Shown here: piece by piece, positions 26,550 through 37,794 of the stretch
Numbering within the stretch: position 1 is the stretch's first letter
How the letters are laid out: each line of letters opens with the position of its first letter
Assembly: GCA_040756355.1 (NCBI GenBank)
Contig: JBFLZK010000020.1
Coordinates: 73,379-137,378, forward strand
Length of the DNA: 64,000 nucleotides
Direction of reading: 5' to 3'
Origin: Pseudomonadota bacterium
GTDB taxonomy: Bacteria; Pseudomonadota; Gammaproteobacteria; Halothiobacillales; Halothiobacillaceae
Program-made: the position numbers and the translations under genes
Notes under the pieces: generated by a model
The model's input: the letters and a program-made list of their open reading frames with translations, nothing else
The model's database searches: none
Told to the model about the DNA's origin: nothing

Positions 26550-27770
26550 TCAGACATGTCCAAGTGCATCGACGACTGGCATCTTGGCGGCTTTTTCAGC
26601 GGGAACCCAAGATGCGGACATGCCGATCAGCACAAGGATTCCGAAATAGAACACGATGTTTTCAGGCAGGTGAAGGAAGCTCAGCGGGACAGCTTCCGTG
26701 GAACCCGGGGGCACATATGTGACGTTCATAAGTTCGGCCGAGAGGGTGTTCGCCGCAGTCATGACCATGCCAAGAAGACAGCCAACGATAGCCAGAAGCA
26801 TTCCTTCAACCCTAAAAAGTTTAACGACTTCGCCTCGTTGCATTCCAAGTGAGCGCAAGGTTCCGATCTCCCGGGTTCTCTCCATGACGGACATGCCCAT
26901 CGTGTTGAAGATACTCATGCCGACCACAACCATGACCAGCATAAAAAGAAATCCAAACATGCTTTCGAGCATGCCCATGACTTGGTTGTAAAACATGGAA
27001 AGTTCGTTCCATGTCTTGATTTCGATGGGCATCCCTCGAGAAGCGAGCTTTTCCTCCAGTTCTTTCCGCTTGGATTCGGTCATCGCCTTGTCCGCAAGTT
27101 TCAGGACGATCCGGTGAGCTCCCTGAACGTCGTAAAGACGCTGGGCAAGATCAAGAGACATGAGGATGAACTTGTCATTGGTGCCTGCGCTTCCGGTATT
27201 GAAAACTTCGCCGACTTCAATGTCGAGCGCATTCATCAGGCCGCTCGCGGTCGTTCCAGTAATGACCGCGGTTTCCCCCTGCTTCAGACCGAGGATGGTT
27301 GCGAGTTCCTCTCCCATGGCGGTTGCTGCCGGATTGCTGGGGTCCAGCTTTCCGGGCAGGTCTGCATATTTTCCGCGAAGCTTTACGAGATCCTCCGCAG
27401 AGATGCCTTCCGTGGTGTAAATCGTGGAAACCTTGCCGTTGCTGACAAGTCCGGAAAGATCGAGCCTTGGGCTGATGAGCTCGATATCCTTGTCACCATT
27501 AAGCTCTTGCTTTAGGGTGTCAATTTCATCATTGCTGAATATGAATTTTTCGGGATCGATTTTACCTGCGCTGAAATAGCCGATCTTTACTAGGGTGAGG
27601 TGACCAAGCCGCTCACCGATAATGGATTGTTCGGCAAGACCGGCGCGTGTACTTTCGATGTATCCCGCGAACAGGGCAAGACCCATGTAGCCGACAGCCA
27701 CGGCGGAAATGGTGGCAATACTGCGGCGACGGTTCTTCCAGATGTTTCTCAACGCCATTTTGAAGAACAT
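26550..27770 (-). CDS. ABC transporter permease, FtsX/LolE/MacB-like
   Basis: MALRNIWKNRRRS N-terminus, large periplasmic loop, SVMERTREIGTLRSLG, C-terminal PVVDALGHV. Confidence 0.9.
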   Translation of the reverse strand: MFFKMALRNIWKNRRRSIATISAVAVGYMGLALFAGYIESTRAGLAEQSIIGERLGHLTLVKIGYFSAGKIDPEKFIFSNDEIDTLKQELNGDKDIELISPRLDLSGLVSNGKVSTIYTTEGISAEDLVKLRGKYADLPGKLDPSNPAATAMGEELATILGLKQGETAVITGTTASGLMNALDIEVGEVFNTGSAGTNDKFILMSLDLAQRLYDVQGAHRIVLKLADKAMTESKRKELEEKLASRGMPIEIKTWNELSMFYNQVMGMLESMFGFLFMLVMVVVGMSIFNTMGMSVMERTREIGTLRSLGMQRGEVVKLFRVEGMLLAIVGCLLGMVMTAANTLSAELMNVTYVPPGSTEAVPLSFLHLPENIVFYFGILVLIGMSASWVPAEKAAKMPVVDALGHV

Positions 27771-28459
27771 TATTCTGCCTCCCCTTGTTCCGCGGTGATC
27801 TGTCCATCCTTGATGCGGATGCGACGCTTGACACTGTCAAGAAGTTGCTGGTCGTGAGTCGAAAAAATAAATGTCACCTGGTCTCTTTCATTAAGCTCTC
27901 TCATCAATTCGATGATGTTCTGACTCGTTTCGGAGTCGAGGTTCGCGGTTGGTTCGTCAGCCAGCACGATGGAGGGATCGGTGACCAGTGCGCGTGCAAT
28001 TGCGATGCGTTGTCTCTGCCCGCCACTCATATGGTCGGGGCGAGACTTGGCGAGATTTGAAAGCCCGACTTCTTCTAGGCGGTGCATGGCTTTTTCAGCC
28101 GCCACCTTAAGCGCTTCGCCACGAATTTGAAGCGGCAGCATGATGTTTTCGAGAGCACTCAGTACAGGCACAAGATTGAATGATTGGAAAACGAAGCCAA
28201 TCTTTTGATTTCGGAGCTTGGTGATTTCCTTGTCGGACAGTCCGTTGATGCTTGTTCCATCAAGTCGTACGACACCTTGGGTTGGGCTGTCGATCATTCC
28301 GATGATATTGAGCAGAGAGGATTTTCCGCTTCCAGATGGACCCCAGATGGATAAAAATTCGCCTTTTTCGATGCTCAGATTGACGCCGCGAAGCGCTTCA
28401 ACCTCGGTTTGGCCGAGTTGATACTTTTTGCGGACATTTTCGACTTGAATTAATGCCAC
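27770..28459 (-). CDS. ABC transporter ATP-binding protein, LolD-like
   Basis: Walker [17 protein letters not shown], Walker [15 protein letters not shown]; GTG start 28459 with GAGGA upstream. Confidence 0.93.
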   Translation of the reverse strand: MALIQVENVRKKYQLGQTEVEALRGVNLSIEKGEFLSIWGPSGSGKSSLLNIIGMIDSPTQGVVRLDGTSINGLSDKEITKLRNQKIGFVFQSFNLVPVLSALENIMLPLQIRGEALKVAAEKAMHRLEEVGLSNLAKSRPDHMSGGQRQRIAIARALVTDPSIVLADEPTANLDSETSQNIIELMRELNERDQVTFIFSTHDQQLLDSVKRRIRIKDGQITAEQGEAE

Positions 28460-28813
28460 GATCCGGTTTCCTCGTTTTTCAGTCTTGCATCGGAGGATGC
28501 TGGAGAAACTCTGCTCTTCTTCAGCTTGCTCTGTCGCTTCACATGTATTTTGTGGGCGACCGGCTATGAACATCAGGCCTTTTGGGGCTCGATATTCTTT
28601 GATTCATCCTTGTTATTACTCTTTACGGTCGTTGATGAATATGTTTTCAACGGCCGAGAAAACTCGGAGGTTCGGCATGGGCAAAACCTCGGTTGCTTGA
28701 ATACGGCTTTTTTTGAAGGACGCATTGCATTCCGTTGGAATGCGTCATGCGGACGATGAGTCATTGCCGATGGCAAAGGCTTTCGTCAACCGAAAGGGGG
28801 GGCGGGCGAGTCT

Positions 28814-28829
28814 GGTCTGATATCAGACC
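28814..28829. promoter_or_regulatory. Perfect 16-bp palindrome, candidate operator upstream of the BGC operon
   Basis: GGTCTGATATCAGACC is its own reverse complement; intergenic. Confidence 0.45.
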
Positions 28830-28929
28830 GAGCCGATCTTCCCTTGTCGATCCATGGTCATGCTATGGGGCAGGAGTTGCTGGTCAATGAAAAGTTGAAT
28901 GCATTTTTATGACACCGAGGGGGCGGCTC

Positions 28930-30096
28930 TCATTCAAATGCGATGCAGGAGCGAGCGATCAATCGTCTGATAAGTTCCCAGGCGGTGTTGTCCAGGTGGT
29001 GAAGGTCATCGTACGTGAAGCTTTGCTGTTGGCAGAGCCATTCGAGCATCGGACGCTGGTCTTTGTCGAGTTCGACACATTCGCCATCCATGAAGAAGAG
29101 CAGGTGCTCATCCTGGTCAATGAAGGCCAGACGCACGGCGGGGACCCGCATCATGACTTCACCCTGCGACAATCGGCTTCGAAGCGACTTGAGATCAATC
29201 TCTTCCGCTTCTGGGATGAGGGCGTTCAGGTTGAGGTTGCGTTCGGTCAGCAACTCGCCGAGCATGCGCTCAAGGTGTTGGTCGGTGATCTGGAGCGCTT
29301 CACGGACGATGCTCTTGAGTTGGTTCAGAGCGTGCGGACTGATTTCCCCGGGATTGGGCTGAAGGGGGAGATCAAGGTCGGAGTAACGGATACAGGGGTC
29401 AACGCGAGCGATGAGCGCTTCGGCGATGCCGCTTACGATATCGGCATGACGCGGAGCACGGAAGCCGATGGACCAGGTCATGCAGTCAGTCAGCGCGACG
29501 CCGTGATGCGGCACGCCGGGCGGCAGGTAGAGCAGGTCGCCGGCTTCGAGGTCCCAGCTTTGGTCTGGGTTGAACTCGCGCAGGATACGCAGATCCAGGC
29601 CGTCAATGTATGCGCCTTCATCGTCGCGCGGCGTGCTTTCGATCATCCAGCGACGACTGCCCCAGGCCTGGAGCAGAAACACATCGTACTGATCCACGTG
29701 CGCACCAACCGAACCGCCTGGTGGGGCGTAGCTCATCATCAGGTCGTCAATGCGCCAGTCGGGGATGAAGCGGAAGGGCTCGACCACGGACATCAGCTCC
29801 GGCAGAGCCTTTTCCACATCGCTGACCAGAATGGACCAGCCCTTGGGCGGCAGGGCCTCGAAGTCCTTTTCGGTGAACGGGCCGTAGCGCAGTTCCCATG
29901 GCTTGTCGCCGCCTTCTTCCAGAACCATGCGGCTGTGGATGCCTTCTTCGCAGGCGAGTCCGGCCAGTTCCTCGGGCGTGACCGGGGCTTCGAAAGCGGG
30001 GAATGCCTGGCGAATCAGGAGCGGCTTTTTCTGCCAGTAATCGCGCAGGAAGGTTTCCACCGGCATGCCGCCAAGCACCTGTTCGCTAGTCCACAT
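28930..30096 (-). CDS. roxA: JmjC/cupin ribosomal protein uL16 Arg hydroxylase (YcfD/RoxA family)
   Basis: FLRDYWQKKPLLIRQA, FIPDWRIDDLMMSYA, GSVGAHVDQYDVFLLQ, LYLPPGVPHHG, WSIGFRAP. Confidence 0.88.
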   Translation of the reverse strand: MWTSEQVLGGMPVETFLRDYWQKKPLLIRQAFPAFEAPVTPEELAGLACEEGIHSRMVLEEGGDKPWELRYGPFTEKDFEALPPKGWSILVSDVEKALPELMSVVEPFRFIPDWRIDDLMMSYAPPGGSVGAHVDQYDVFLLQAWGSRRWMIESTPRDDEGAYIDGLDLRILREFNPDQSWDLEAGDLLYLPPGVPHHGVALTDCMTWSIGFRAPRHADIVSGIAEALIARVDPCIRYSDLDLPLQPNPGEISPHALNQLKSIVREALQITDQHLERMLGELLTERNLNLNALIPEAEEIDLKSLRSRLSQGEVMMRVPAVRLAFIDQDEHLLFFMDGECVELDKDQRPMLEWLCQQQSFTYDDLHHLDNTAWELIRRLIARSCIAFE

Positions 30097-30146
30097 GATG
30101 GATGATTCCGGAAAACGGGTAAGGGCCCGATGGTATACTGCCCGGC

Positions 30147-30539
30147 ATGTCGCGCAAACCATCCATCGCTTCGACGCCGCTTCCCAGACTGCCAGGCACG
30201 CCTTACGGCAAGCAGGTACGTGCCCGCCTGTGGATCACCGGGCCGCGAGGCGGCTATCTTGGGTTAGGTAAGGTCGCCTTGCTGGAGGCCATCGCCGAGA
30301 AGGGCTCGATCAGTCAGGCGGCCAAGGCGATGGGTATGTCTTACAAGCGCGCCTGGCAACTGGTCGAGGAACTGAATGCCCTGAGCGAATCGCCAATGGT
30401 GCTGACCGAAACCGGCGGTCTGCATGGTGGCGGTACGCGTCTGACCGAGCGCGGCGAGCGAGCCATCCGGTGTTACCGCGAACTGGAATCTGAATTCGCG
30501 TCTTTTGTCGAAAAGACTTCGCAATCATTTGATATATAA
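30147..30539 (+). CDS. ModE-family N-terminal winged-helix regulator (no molybdate-binding domains)
   Basis: LGLGKVALLEAIAEKGSISQAAKAMGMSYKRAWQLVEELN...GGLHGGGTRLT. Confidence 0.85.
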   Translation: MSRKPSIASTPLPRLPGTPYGKQVRARLWITGPRGGYLGLGKVALLEAIAEKGSISQAAKAMGMSYKRAWQLVEELNALSESPMVLTETGGLHGGGTRLTERGERAIRCYRELESEFASFVEKTSQSFDI

Positions 30540-31377
30540 GATCTTTGAGGTTTCATTGTCGACCGTTCACGACGCGGCCCATGCCTGCCTGATGGAGTCC
30601 GATCTTGCCCGCAAGGCGGCCTGCGTGCGCCGTCTCCAACATGATTTCGCTGTGGGTGTCCTCTCAGTTGCCGCGAGCGGGCAAGCACTGCCGGTGCTCG
30701 ATCCCGGTCGTCCGGCGCGCCCCAAGCTGGTGGAACGCAAGCACCTTGCCCAGCGCCCGGTGAAGGAGCTTGAAGGACGTCTCGCGCTTGCGCATGCCTT
30801 GGCGCATATCGAATTCAACGCCATCAATATCGGGCTGGATGCGGTTTATCGTTTCCGCGGGCTGCCGTCCGCTTTCTATGCCGACTGGATTCGCGTGGCG
30901 GTGGAGGAGGCGAGTCATTTCGAGCTGTTGCGCGCCTATCTGAACGATCAGGGCAGGGATTACGGCGATTACCCGGCGCACGATGGCCTGTGGGAGATGG
31001 TGCGTCGCACCGATGACGACCCGATGATCCGCATGGCGTTGGTGCCGCGCGTCCTTGAGGCGCGGGGGCTGGACGTGACGCCCGGCATGCAGGCGCGTCT
31101 GCGCGAGGTGGGGGACGAGCGCCTGGTCGCCATCCTGGATGTGATCTACCGCGAGGAGATCGGCCATGTCGAAATCGGCACCCGCTGGTTCCGCCACCTC
31201 TGCACCGGGCGCGGCCTGGACGCGCGGGAGACCTTCCGCGCGCTTTTGCAGGAATACATGAGCGGGCGCATCCGCGGCCCGTACGACGAGCTGGGCCGCA
31301 TGCACGCGGGCTTCACCGCCGAGGAAATGGACGACCTGAGGGCGATGGAAATGGAGACCTTGGGGCGTTTGTCATGA
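30505..31377 (+). CDS. Ferritin-like DUF455 family protein (start uncertain)
   Basis: HALAHIEFNAIN, EEASHF, YGDYPAHDGLW, LEARGLDVTP, EEIGHVEIG di-iron-type motifs. Confidence 0.85.
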   Translation: MSKRLRNHLIYKIFEVSLSTVHDAAHACLMESDLARKAACVRRLQHDFAVGVLSVAASGQALPVLDPGRPARPKLVERKHLAQRPVKELEGRLALAHALAHIEFNAINIGLDAVYRFRGLPSAFYADWIRVAVEEASHFELLRAYLNDQGRDYGDYPAHDGLWEMVRRTDDDPMIRMALVPRVLEARGLDVTPGMQARLREVGDERLVAILDVIYREEIGHVEIGTRWFRHLCTGRGLDARETFRALLQEYMSGRIRGPYDELGRMHAGFTAEEMDDLRAMEMETLGRLS

Positions 31378-31461
31378 GCCCATCTCGCAACCATCGCGCG
31401 CCCGCGGGGGAGCCCCGGGGCGACGGCAAGCCGCTATTCATCGTTCCGTTTTGAGACTTTC

Positions 31462-34400
31462 ATGACCGCCTTTGTTCATCTGCGCCTGCACACCGAATAC
31501 TCGCTGGTTGATAGCACCCTGCGCATCAAGCCACTGATGAAGCGTGCGGTGGAGCAAGGCATACCCGCGCTGGCGCTCACCGACCAGTGCAACCTGTTCG
31601 CCTTTGTGCGTTTCTACAAGGCGGCCCAGGGTGCGGGCATCAAGCCCATCCTGGGCGTGGACGCCATCCTGCGTGGCGAAGACGGCAAGGAAGGAAGCCG
31701 GATGGTGCTGCTGGCGCAGAACAACGACGGCTTCCGCAACCTCACCCGGCTGGTCTCGCGCGGCTATCTGGAAGGCATTGAAGGCGGCGTGGCGATGCTT
31801 TCGCGCGACTGGCTGACCCGTGACGCCTGCGCCGGGATCATCGCCCTGTCTGGCGGACGCTCCGGCGAGATCGGCCAAACCCTGCTGGGCACTCAGCCCG
31901 GGCAGGCCGAGGCTCTGCTGGAGCACTGGATGAACGTGTTCCCCGAACGGTTCTATCTTGAGGTCAGTCGTACCGGGCGCGCGGGCGAAGACGAGGTGTT
32001 GCATCGCAGCGTGAAACTGGCCGCCGCGCTTGGCGCGCCCATCGTCGCCACCAACGATGTACGCTTTCTTAAACCGGAGGATTTCGAAGCCCACGAGGTT
32101 CGTGTCTGCATCCATGACGGTCGTATTCTCGACGACCCCAAGCGCCCGCGTCTGTACAGCGAGCAGCAGTACCTGCGCTCGCCGGAGGAGATGGCGGAGC
32201 TGTTCGCCGATCTGCCGGAAGCACTCGAAAACACGGTCGAGATCGCGCGCCGCTGCACGGTGGAGCTAAAACTTGGCAAGCCCGTCCTACCGCAGTTTCC
32301 CATTCCAGAGGGCATGACCGAAGGCGGGTTCATCACCCGCGAGGCGGAAAAGGGGCTGGAGGAGCGTCTAGCATCGATCATCCGGCCCGATGATCCGGAG
32401 GCCGAGGCCAAGCGGGCACTTTATTTCGAACGTTTGAAGTTTGAGTTGGGCACCATCCTCCAGATGGGCTTTCCAGGTTACTTTTTGATCGTGGCGGACT
32501 TCATTCAGTGGGCCAAGCGCAATGGTATCCCGGTGGGGCCTGGGCGCGGATCGGGTGCGGGTTCGCTGGTGGCTTATGCCTTGAAGATCACGGACTTGGA
32601 CCCGATTCCTTACGATCTTCTCTTCGAGCGTTTCCTCAACCCGGAGCGCGTCTCCATGCCCGACTTCGATGTCGATTTCTGCATGGAACGGCGCGATGAG
32701 GTGATCGACTACGTAGCCCGTACCTACGGGCGCGAGAGCGTGTCCCAGATCATCACCTACGGCAGCATGGCGGCGAAGGCTGTGGTGCGCGACGTGGGGC
32801 GCGTGCTAGGCAACGGCTACGGCTTCGTGGATGGCATCGCCAAGCTCATCCCAAACGAGCTTGGCATTGAGCTCAAGGATGCGCTGGACAAGACTGAAGA
32901 TCTGAAAGCGCGCTACGAGAGCGACGAGGAGGTCAGGGCCATCCTCGACATGGGCCTGCAACTGGAAGGCTTGTCACGCAACGCGGGCAAGCACGCGGGC
33001 GGTGTGGTGATCGCACCGGGGCCGCTGACCGATTTCACCCCGTTGTACCGTGCTGAGGGCGAAGAAGGCATCGTCACCCAACTCGACAAGGACGATGTCG
33101 AATCCATCGGACTCGTGAAGTTCGACTTTCTCGGCCTGCGCACCCTGACCATCATTGACTGGGCGATGAAGACGATCAACGGCGTGCGCGCCAAAGCGGA
33201 CGAGCCGCCGCTCGCCATCGAGGCCATCGATCTGCAAGACCGCAGAGCCTTCGATCTGCTCAAAAAATGCGAAACCACGGCGGTGTTCCAGCTTGAATCG
33301 CGCGGCATGAAGGACCTGATCCGGCGCCTGCAGCCGGACTGCTTCGAGGACGTGATCGCGCTGGTGGCGCTGTTCCGCCCCGGTCCGCTCGAATCCGGCA
33401 TGGTGGACGACTTCATCGCCCGCAAACATGGCCGCGCGGCCATCGAATACCCGCACCCGGACCTTGAACCCATCCTCAAGCCCACCTATGGCGTCATCGT
33501 TTATCAGGAACAGGTGATGCAAATCGCCCAGGTGCTGGCCTGCTACACCTTGGGCGGCGCGGACCTGTTGCGCCGCGCCATGGGCAAAAAGAAACCCGAG
33601 GAGATGGCCAAGCAGCGCGAAATCTTCCTCGAAGGCGCGACCGGACGTGGCGTGGATGCGGGCGTGGCGGGCTACATCTTCGATTTGATGGAAAAATTCG
33701 CGGGTTACGGCTTCAACAAGTCGCACTCCGCCGCTTACGCCTTGGTCTCTATCCAGACCGCCTGGCTCAAGGCCCATTACCCCGCTGCCTTCATGGCCGC
33801 CGTGCTGTCCGCCGACATGGACAACACCGACAAAGTGGTGGTGCTGATCGAGGAATGCCGGGCGATGGGGCTCACGGTGGAGCCGCCGCGTGTCAATGAC
33901 TCTGCCTACCGCTTCACGATTCGCGACGATAGCACCGTGATCTATGGCCTGGGCGCGATCAAGGGGGTGGGGCAGGGGGCGATCGAGTCGGTCCTGGAAG
34001 CCCGCGAAAAAGGCGGTCCATTCAAGGATCTGCACGACTTCGTGCGCCGTGTGGATCGTGGGCGTCTCAATCGCCGCGTGCTGGAAGCCATGATCCGCGC
34101 AGGCAGTCTGGATGGCCTTGGACCGAACCGCGCTTCCTTGATGAACGCCCTGCCTGACGCCCTGCGGATGGCTGAACACGCCGCCGAGCAAGAGGCTGCG
34201 GGGCAGGGTGATCTGTTCGGCATGTTCGCGGATGAACAGATATCGGATGAACCATGTATCTCCGTGGCCGAGCTACCGGAATGGGATGATTTCGACCGGC
34301 TCTCACAGGAAAAGGACGTACTCGGCCTCTACCTTACCGGCCATCCCATCCAGGGCGTGATGGACGAGATCAGGCAGTTCTGCGAGCAGCGCTTCGGTCC

Positions 34401-34992
34401 TCTGACCGAGCAGCTTGAGAGCTTGCCCGCCAAGACGAACGGACGCCCGCAGGAACGCGAGGTTGTGCTATCGGGCCTGATGATCGGTGTGCGTCCGCGC
34501 ATCACCCAGCAAGGTGAGAAGGAGGCCTTTCTGACCCTGGACGACGGTACGGGGCGCATCGAAGCGCGTCTGTTTCCAGAGGATTTCAGGCGATGGGGCG
34601 AGCAGTTGACCGGCGATCAAGTCTTGGTGCTCGAAGGGAGCGCAAGCTACGACCATTTCTCCAGCGGCGTGCGCCTGCGTGTCAAGAGCCTGATGACCCT
34701 CGATCAGGCGCGCGAAGCCTATGCCCGCGAGCTACGCCTGCGCTTGAGCTCAGACTTCGATCCGCGCGCGGTAGAATCGCTGGCCGAGGCCCTGGCCCCT
34801 TTCCGTCCTGGTCGCTGTCCGGTGCATGTCGAACTGCGCAGGACTCAGGCCAGCGCTCGCCTGGCCTTGGGCGATGGCTGGCGCGTCGCGCCGACCGGCG
34901 AGCTGTTGCGCCGTCTTCGACTTATTCCCGGTGTGGAGCGCGCCGATCTGTTGCATGGGCGCGGCACGCTCGACCCCGCCCGTTTCGAATGA
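31462..34992 (+). CDS. dnaE: DNA polymerase III alpha subunit
   Basis: [14 protein letters not shown] domain, [37 protein letters not shown]. Confidence 0.98.
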   Translation: MTAFVHLRLHTEYSLVDSTLRIKPLMKRAVEQGIPALALTDQCNLFAFVRFYKAAQGAGIKPILGVDAILRGEDGKEGSRMVLLAQNNDGFRNLTRLVSRGYLEGIEGGVAMLSRDWLTRDACAGIIALSGGRSGEIGQTLLGTQPGQAEALLEHWMNVFPERFYLEVSRTGRAGEDEVLHRSVKLAAALGAPIVATNDVRFLKPEDFEAHEVRVCIHDGRILDDPKRPRLYSEQQYLRSPEEMAELFADLPEALENTVEIARRCTVELKLGKPVLPQFPIPEGMTEGGFITREAEKGLEERLASIIRPDDPEAEAKRALYFERLKFELGTILQMGFPGYFLIVADFIQWAKRNGIPVGPGRGSGAGSLVAYALKITDLDPIPYDLLFERFLNPERVSMPDFDVDFCMERRDEVIDYVARTYGRESVSQIITYGSMAAKAVVRDVGRVLGNGYGFVDGIAKLIPNELGIELKDALDKTEDLKARYESDEEVRAILDMGLQLEGLSRNAGKHAGGVVIAPGPLTDFTPLYRAEGEEGIVTQLDKDDVESIGLVKFDFLGLRTLTIIDWAMKTINGVRAKADEPPLAIEAIDLQDRRAFDLLKKCETTAVFQLESRGMKDLIRRLQPDCFEDVIALVALFRPGPLESGMVDDFIARKHGRAAIEYPHPDLEPILKPTYGVIVYQEQVMQIAQVLACYTLGGADLLRRAMGKKKPEEMAKQREIFLEGATGRGVDAGVAGYIFDLMEKFAGYGFNKSHSAAYALVSIQTAWLKAHYPAAFMAAVLSADMDNTDKVVVLIEECRAMGLTVEPPRVNDSAYRFTIRDDSTVIYGLGAIKGVGQGAIESVLEAREKGGPFKDLHDFVRRVDRGRLNRRVLEAMIRAGSLDGLGPNRASLMNALPDALRMAEHAAEQEAAGQGDLFGMFADEQISDEPCISVAELPEWDDFDRLSQEKDVLGLYLTGHPIQGVMDEIRQFCEQRFGPLTEQLESLPAKTNGRPQEREVVLSGLMIGVRPRITQQGEKEAFLTLDDGTGRIEARLFPEDFRRWGEQLTGDQVLVLEGSASYDHFSSGVRLRVKSLMTLDQAREAYARELRLRLSSDFDPRAVESLAEALAPFRPGRCPVHVELRRTQASARLALGDGWRVAPTGELLRRLRLIPGVERADLLHGRGTLDPARFE

Positions 34993-35050
34993 GGCAAGCA
35001 AGAGGCAGTCTGATAAGATTGCGCGACCTCTACTTGAGCCATTGATGTCC

Positions 35051-36013
35051 ATGAACCCGAACTATCTGGATTTTGAGCAGCCCATCGCCGAACTGGAGGC
35101 TAAAATCAACGAACTCCGTTTGATGGGCAATGACAGCAATCTCAATCTGGGCAAGGAAATCGAGCAACTCCGGCTCAAGGCCGATCAGCTTACCCGCTCA
35201 ATTTTCAGCAAACTTGCCCCGTGGCAGGTTTCCCAAATGGCGCGCCACCCCCAGCGCCCCTACACCCTGGATTACGTCCAGCATCTGTTCACCGATTTCG
35301 TGGAGATGCATGGTGACCGTGCATTCGCCGACGATGCGGCGATTGTCGGCGGACTGGCGCGTCTGGATGGTCGCCCGGTCATGATTATCGGCCACCAGAA
35401 AGGCCGCGATGTGCGCGAACGTTCCCGCCGCAATTTCGGCATGCCGCGTCCGGAAGGCTATCGCAAGGCCAAGCGCCTGATGGAGACCGCCGCTCGTTTC
35501 GGCCTGCCTGTGCTCACCTTTATCGACACCCCGGGCGCCTATCCCGGCATCGACGCCGAGGAGCGCGGCCAGAGCGAGGCCATCGCCCGTAACCTGTTCG
35601 TGATGGCGGATCTGCCAACGCCCATCGTGTGCACCGTGATCGGCGAGGGAGGCTCCGGCGGCGCGCTGGCCATCGGCGTGGGCGACCATCTGATGATGCT
35701 GCAATACAGCACCTACTCGGTCATTTCTCCCGAGGGCTGCGCCGCCATCCTATGGAAGGATGCGGCCAAGGCCCCGGATGCAGCCGAGGCGCTGGGTATC
35801 ACCGCGCCCCGCCTGAAGGAACTGGGCCTGGTTGACGAAATCATCGAGGAGCCGCTGGGCGGAGCGCACCGTGACGTGACGCTGCATATGGCACAGGTCA
35901 AACAAGCCTTGCTGCACGCGCTGAACCAGGTCAGCTCCATGCCGGTCGAAAAACTACTCGAACGTCGTTATCAGCGCGTGATGAGCTACGGCCATTTCAA
36001 CGAGAAGGCCTGA
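35051..36013 (+). CDS. accA: Acetyl-CoA carboxylase carboxyltransferase alpha
   Basis: [43 protein letters not shown]; dnaE-accA-tilS synteny. Confidence 0.97.
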   Translation: MNPNYLDFEQPIAELEAKINELRLMGNDSNLNLGKEIEQLRLKADQLTRSIFSKLAPWQVSQMARHPQRPYTLDYVQHLFTDFVEMHGDRAFADDAAIVGGLARLDGRPVMIIGHQKGRDVRERSRRNFGMPRPEGYRKAKRLMETAARFGLPVLTFIDTPGAYPGIDAEERGQSEAIARNLFVMADLPTPIVCTVIGEGGSGGALAIGVGDHLMMLQYSTYSVISPEGCAAILWKDAAKAPDAAEALGITAPRLKELGLVDEIIEEPLGGAHRDVTLHMAQVKQALLHALNQVSSMPVEKLLERRYQRVMSYGHFNEKA

Positions 36014-36050
36014 GCCTTCTCCGGGCGGTCGTAGTATCGCCCCATCCGCC

Positions 36051-37406
36051 ATGAACGACGACGATCCCTCCCTGATCCGCACCGTTCTTGAGGCTCTTCC
36101 GCCACATCTTCGCCGTCGTCCCCTGTTGCTCGCCCTGAGCGGCGGGCTGGACTCCACGGTCCTGCTTCACATCCTGGCGCGAATGCACGATGCAGGCCTG
36201 ATTGCCCCGCTGCGCGCCGTGCACGTGCATCATGGCCTGCACCCCGACGCGGATGACTGGGCCGCTCACGCCAGCCAAGCCGCCGCCGCCCTGGGCGTGG
36301 TCTGTGATGTCCATCGGATACGTCTGGAGGCAACGGATCGTCGTGGACTGGAAGCCGCCGCGCGGGCACTGCGTTATGCGGCACTGCACGCGCGCATGGA
36401 TCAGGGCTCCGTCCTTTTGACTGCCCATCACCGCGACGATCAGGCCGAAACTTTGCTGCATCAACTGATGCGTGGGGCAGGGGTGCGCGGCATGGCTGCC
36501 ATGCCTGACCTCAAGCCGGTCGAAACGCCGCGTGGTCTGGCCTGGCATGCGCGTCCTCTGCTTGGCGTAACCCGTGATTCCATCCATGTCTATGCTCAGG
36601 CGCACGGGCTGCGCTGGGTTGACGACCCAAGCAATGTGGATACCTGTCACGCCCGCAACCATCTGCGCTGTCACGTCATGCCCGCCCTGCGCGAACACTG
36701 GCCGCAGGCCGACGCGACTCTCGCTCGCGCCGCGAAACGCATGGCTGCGACTGAAGGATTGCTCAACGACCTGGCGCGCATTGATCTGGCTACTGCGCGA
36801 ACCGAGCGAAACTCAGTTTTGGCGGCGGACGCCTTGCGACGGCTGTCGAACGAAAGACTGGCCAACGCCATCCGCTACTGGTGCCTTGAGCAAGGCCTGC
36901 CTACGCCACCACAAGCGCGGTTGGACAGCTTGCCGCGGATGCTACGCAGTCGCCGGGACGCCATGACCGAGCTGCGCTGGGCTGGCATGGCGCTCCGGGG
37001 CTGGCGTCAGCACCTCTACCTGCTCAAGCACCCCATCCCACTCCTGCCCGATGATCTTGCCATTCTCTGGGACGGGGCTGCACCGCTGCACCTCCCCGAA
37101 GCTGCGCTATGTATCCACGGCGAACAGGATCGAGGGGAGGGGATTCGCCTGGATATCCTGCGCGGTCGCGTACTGGAAGTTCGCGCTCGACCACAAGGCG
37201 CACGATTGCGCATCAAGGACCGCCCAATGCACCGAACGGTCAAGGCGCTGCTGCAAGAACTCGATATCCCGCCCTGGCAACGCGCGCGTCTGCCGTTCTT
37301 CTACGTGGATGGTGTACTGGCCCAGATCGGCGACCTTGTAACCGCGGATGATTTTGCCGCGCGCGATGACGAACCATCCTTGCGTATTCGGCTAGAGGAC
37401 GTGTAA
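36051..37406 (+). CDS. tilS: tRNA(Ile)-lysidine synthetase
   Basis: ALSGGLDS PP-loop, HVHHGL, LLTAHHRDDQAET, WVDDPSN, IPPWQR. Confidence 0.96.
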   Translation: MNDDDPSLIRTVLEALPPHLRRRPLLLALSGGLDSTVLLHILARMHDAGLIAPLRAVHVHHGLHPDADDWAAHASQAAAALGVVCDVHRIRLEATDRRGLEAAARALRYAALHARMDQGSVLLTAHHRDDQAETLLHQLMRGAGVRGMAAMPDLKPVETPRGLAWHARPLLGVTRDSIHVYAQAHGLRWVDDPSNVDTCHARNHLRCHVMPALREHWPQADATLARAAKRMAATEGLLNDLARIDLATARTERNSVLAADALRRLSNERLANAIRYWCLEQGLPTPPQARLDSLPRMLRSRRDAMTELRWAGMALRGWRQHLYLLKHPIPLLPDDLAILWDGAAPLHLPEAALCIHGEQDRGEGIRLDILRGRVLEVRARPQGARLRIKDRPMHRTVKALLQELDIPPWQRARLPFFYVDGVLAQIGDLVTADDFAARDDEPSLRIRLEDV

Positions 37407-37494
37407 AGACGCCAACGCGCGATGTAAAAGCGGGTAAATGCGCACGACAACCGTACTTCGGGCCGCCAGAATGCATGACGTCACCCACTGCCTT

Positions 37495-37788
37495 ATGGAG
37501 TCCATGGCAATGTACATTCAGCCTTTTTCTCGCGCATCGGTTGCAGCACTGATGTTTGCCTTGAGCTTCGCATCCGTGCCAGCCGTTGCGGAAAGCATCC
37601 CCAGCGGCAGTCCTCCTGACAGGGCGGCTCTTGAGGCGGCCCTGAGGGCCTGCGAGGCCAGTCTGAGCAAAGAAACCGACGGCCGTCCCAACCCCCAGGC
37701 AATGGACTCCTGCATGAGTGCCAAGGGCTTTATCCGACCCACAGGCGGCCCACAGATGGAGCGAGGCGCTCCGCCGAGCCCGCGATGA
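37495..37788 (+). CDS. Small exported hypothetical protein (start uncertain)
   Basis: Signal-peptide-like ALMFALSFASVPAVA; two Cys (ALRACEAS...MDSCMSAKG); Pro-rich tail. Confidence 0.55.
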   Translation: MESMAMYIQPFSRASVAALMFALSFASVPAVAESIPSGSPPDRAALEAALRACEASLSKETDGRPNPQAMDSCMSAKGFIRPTGGPQMERGAPPSPR

Positions 37789-37794
37789 AGCCGC

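Noticed and set aside
28930-30096. JmjC oxygenase as a BGC tailoring hydroxylase
   Set aside because: Motifs match housekeeping YcfD/RoxA, the GC is host-like, and ~470 bp separate it from the cluster.
31462-34992. Intein in dnaE
   Set aside because: 1176 aa is normal length and the conserved motifs are contiguous.
34826-35050. N-terminal extensions of accA (also uvrC, pnp, rpsO, ABC ATPase) in the ORF track
   Set aside because: Longest-ORF artefacts; family homology begins at downstream starts.
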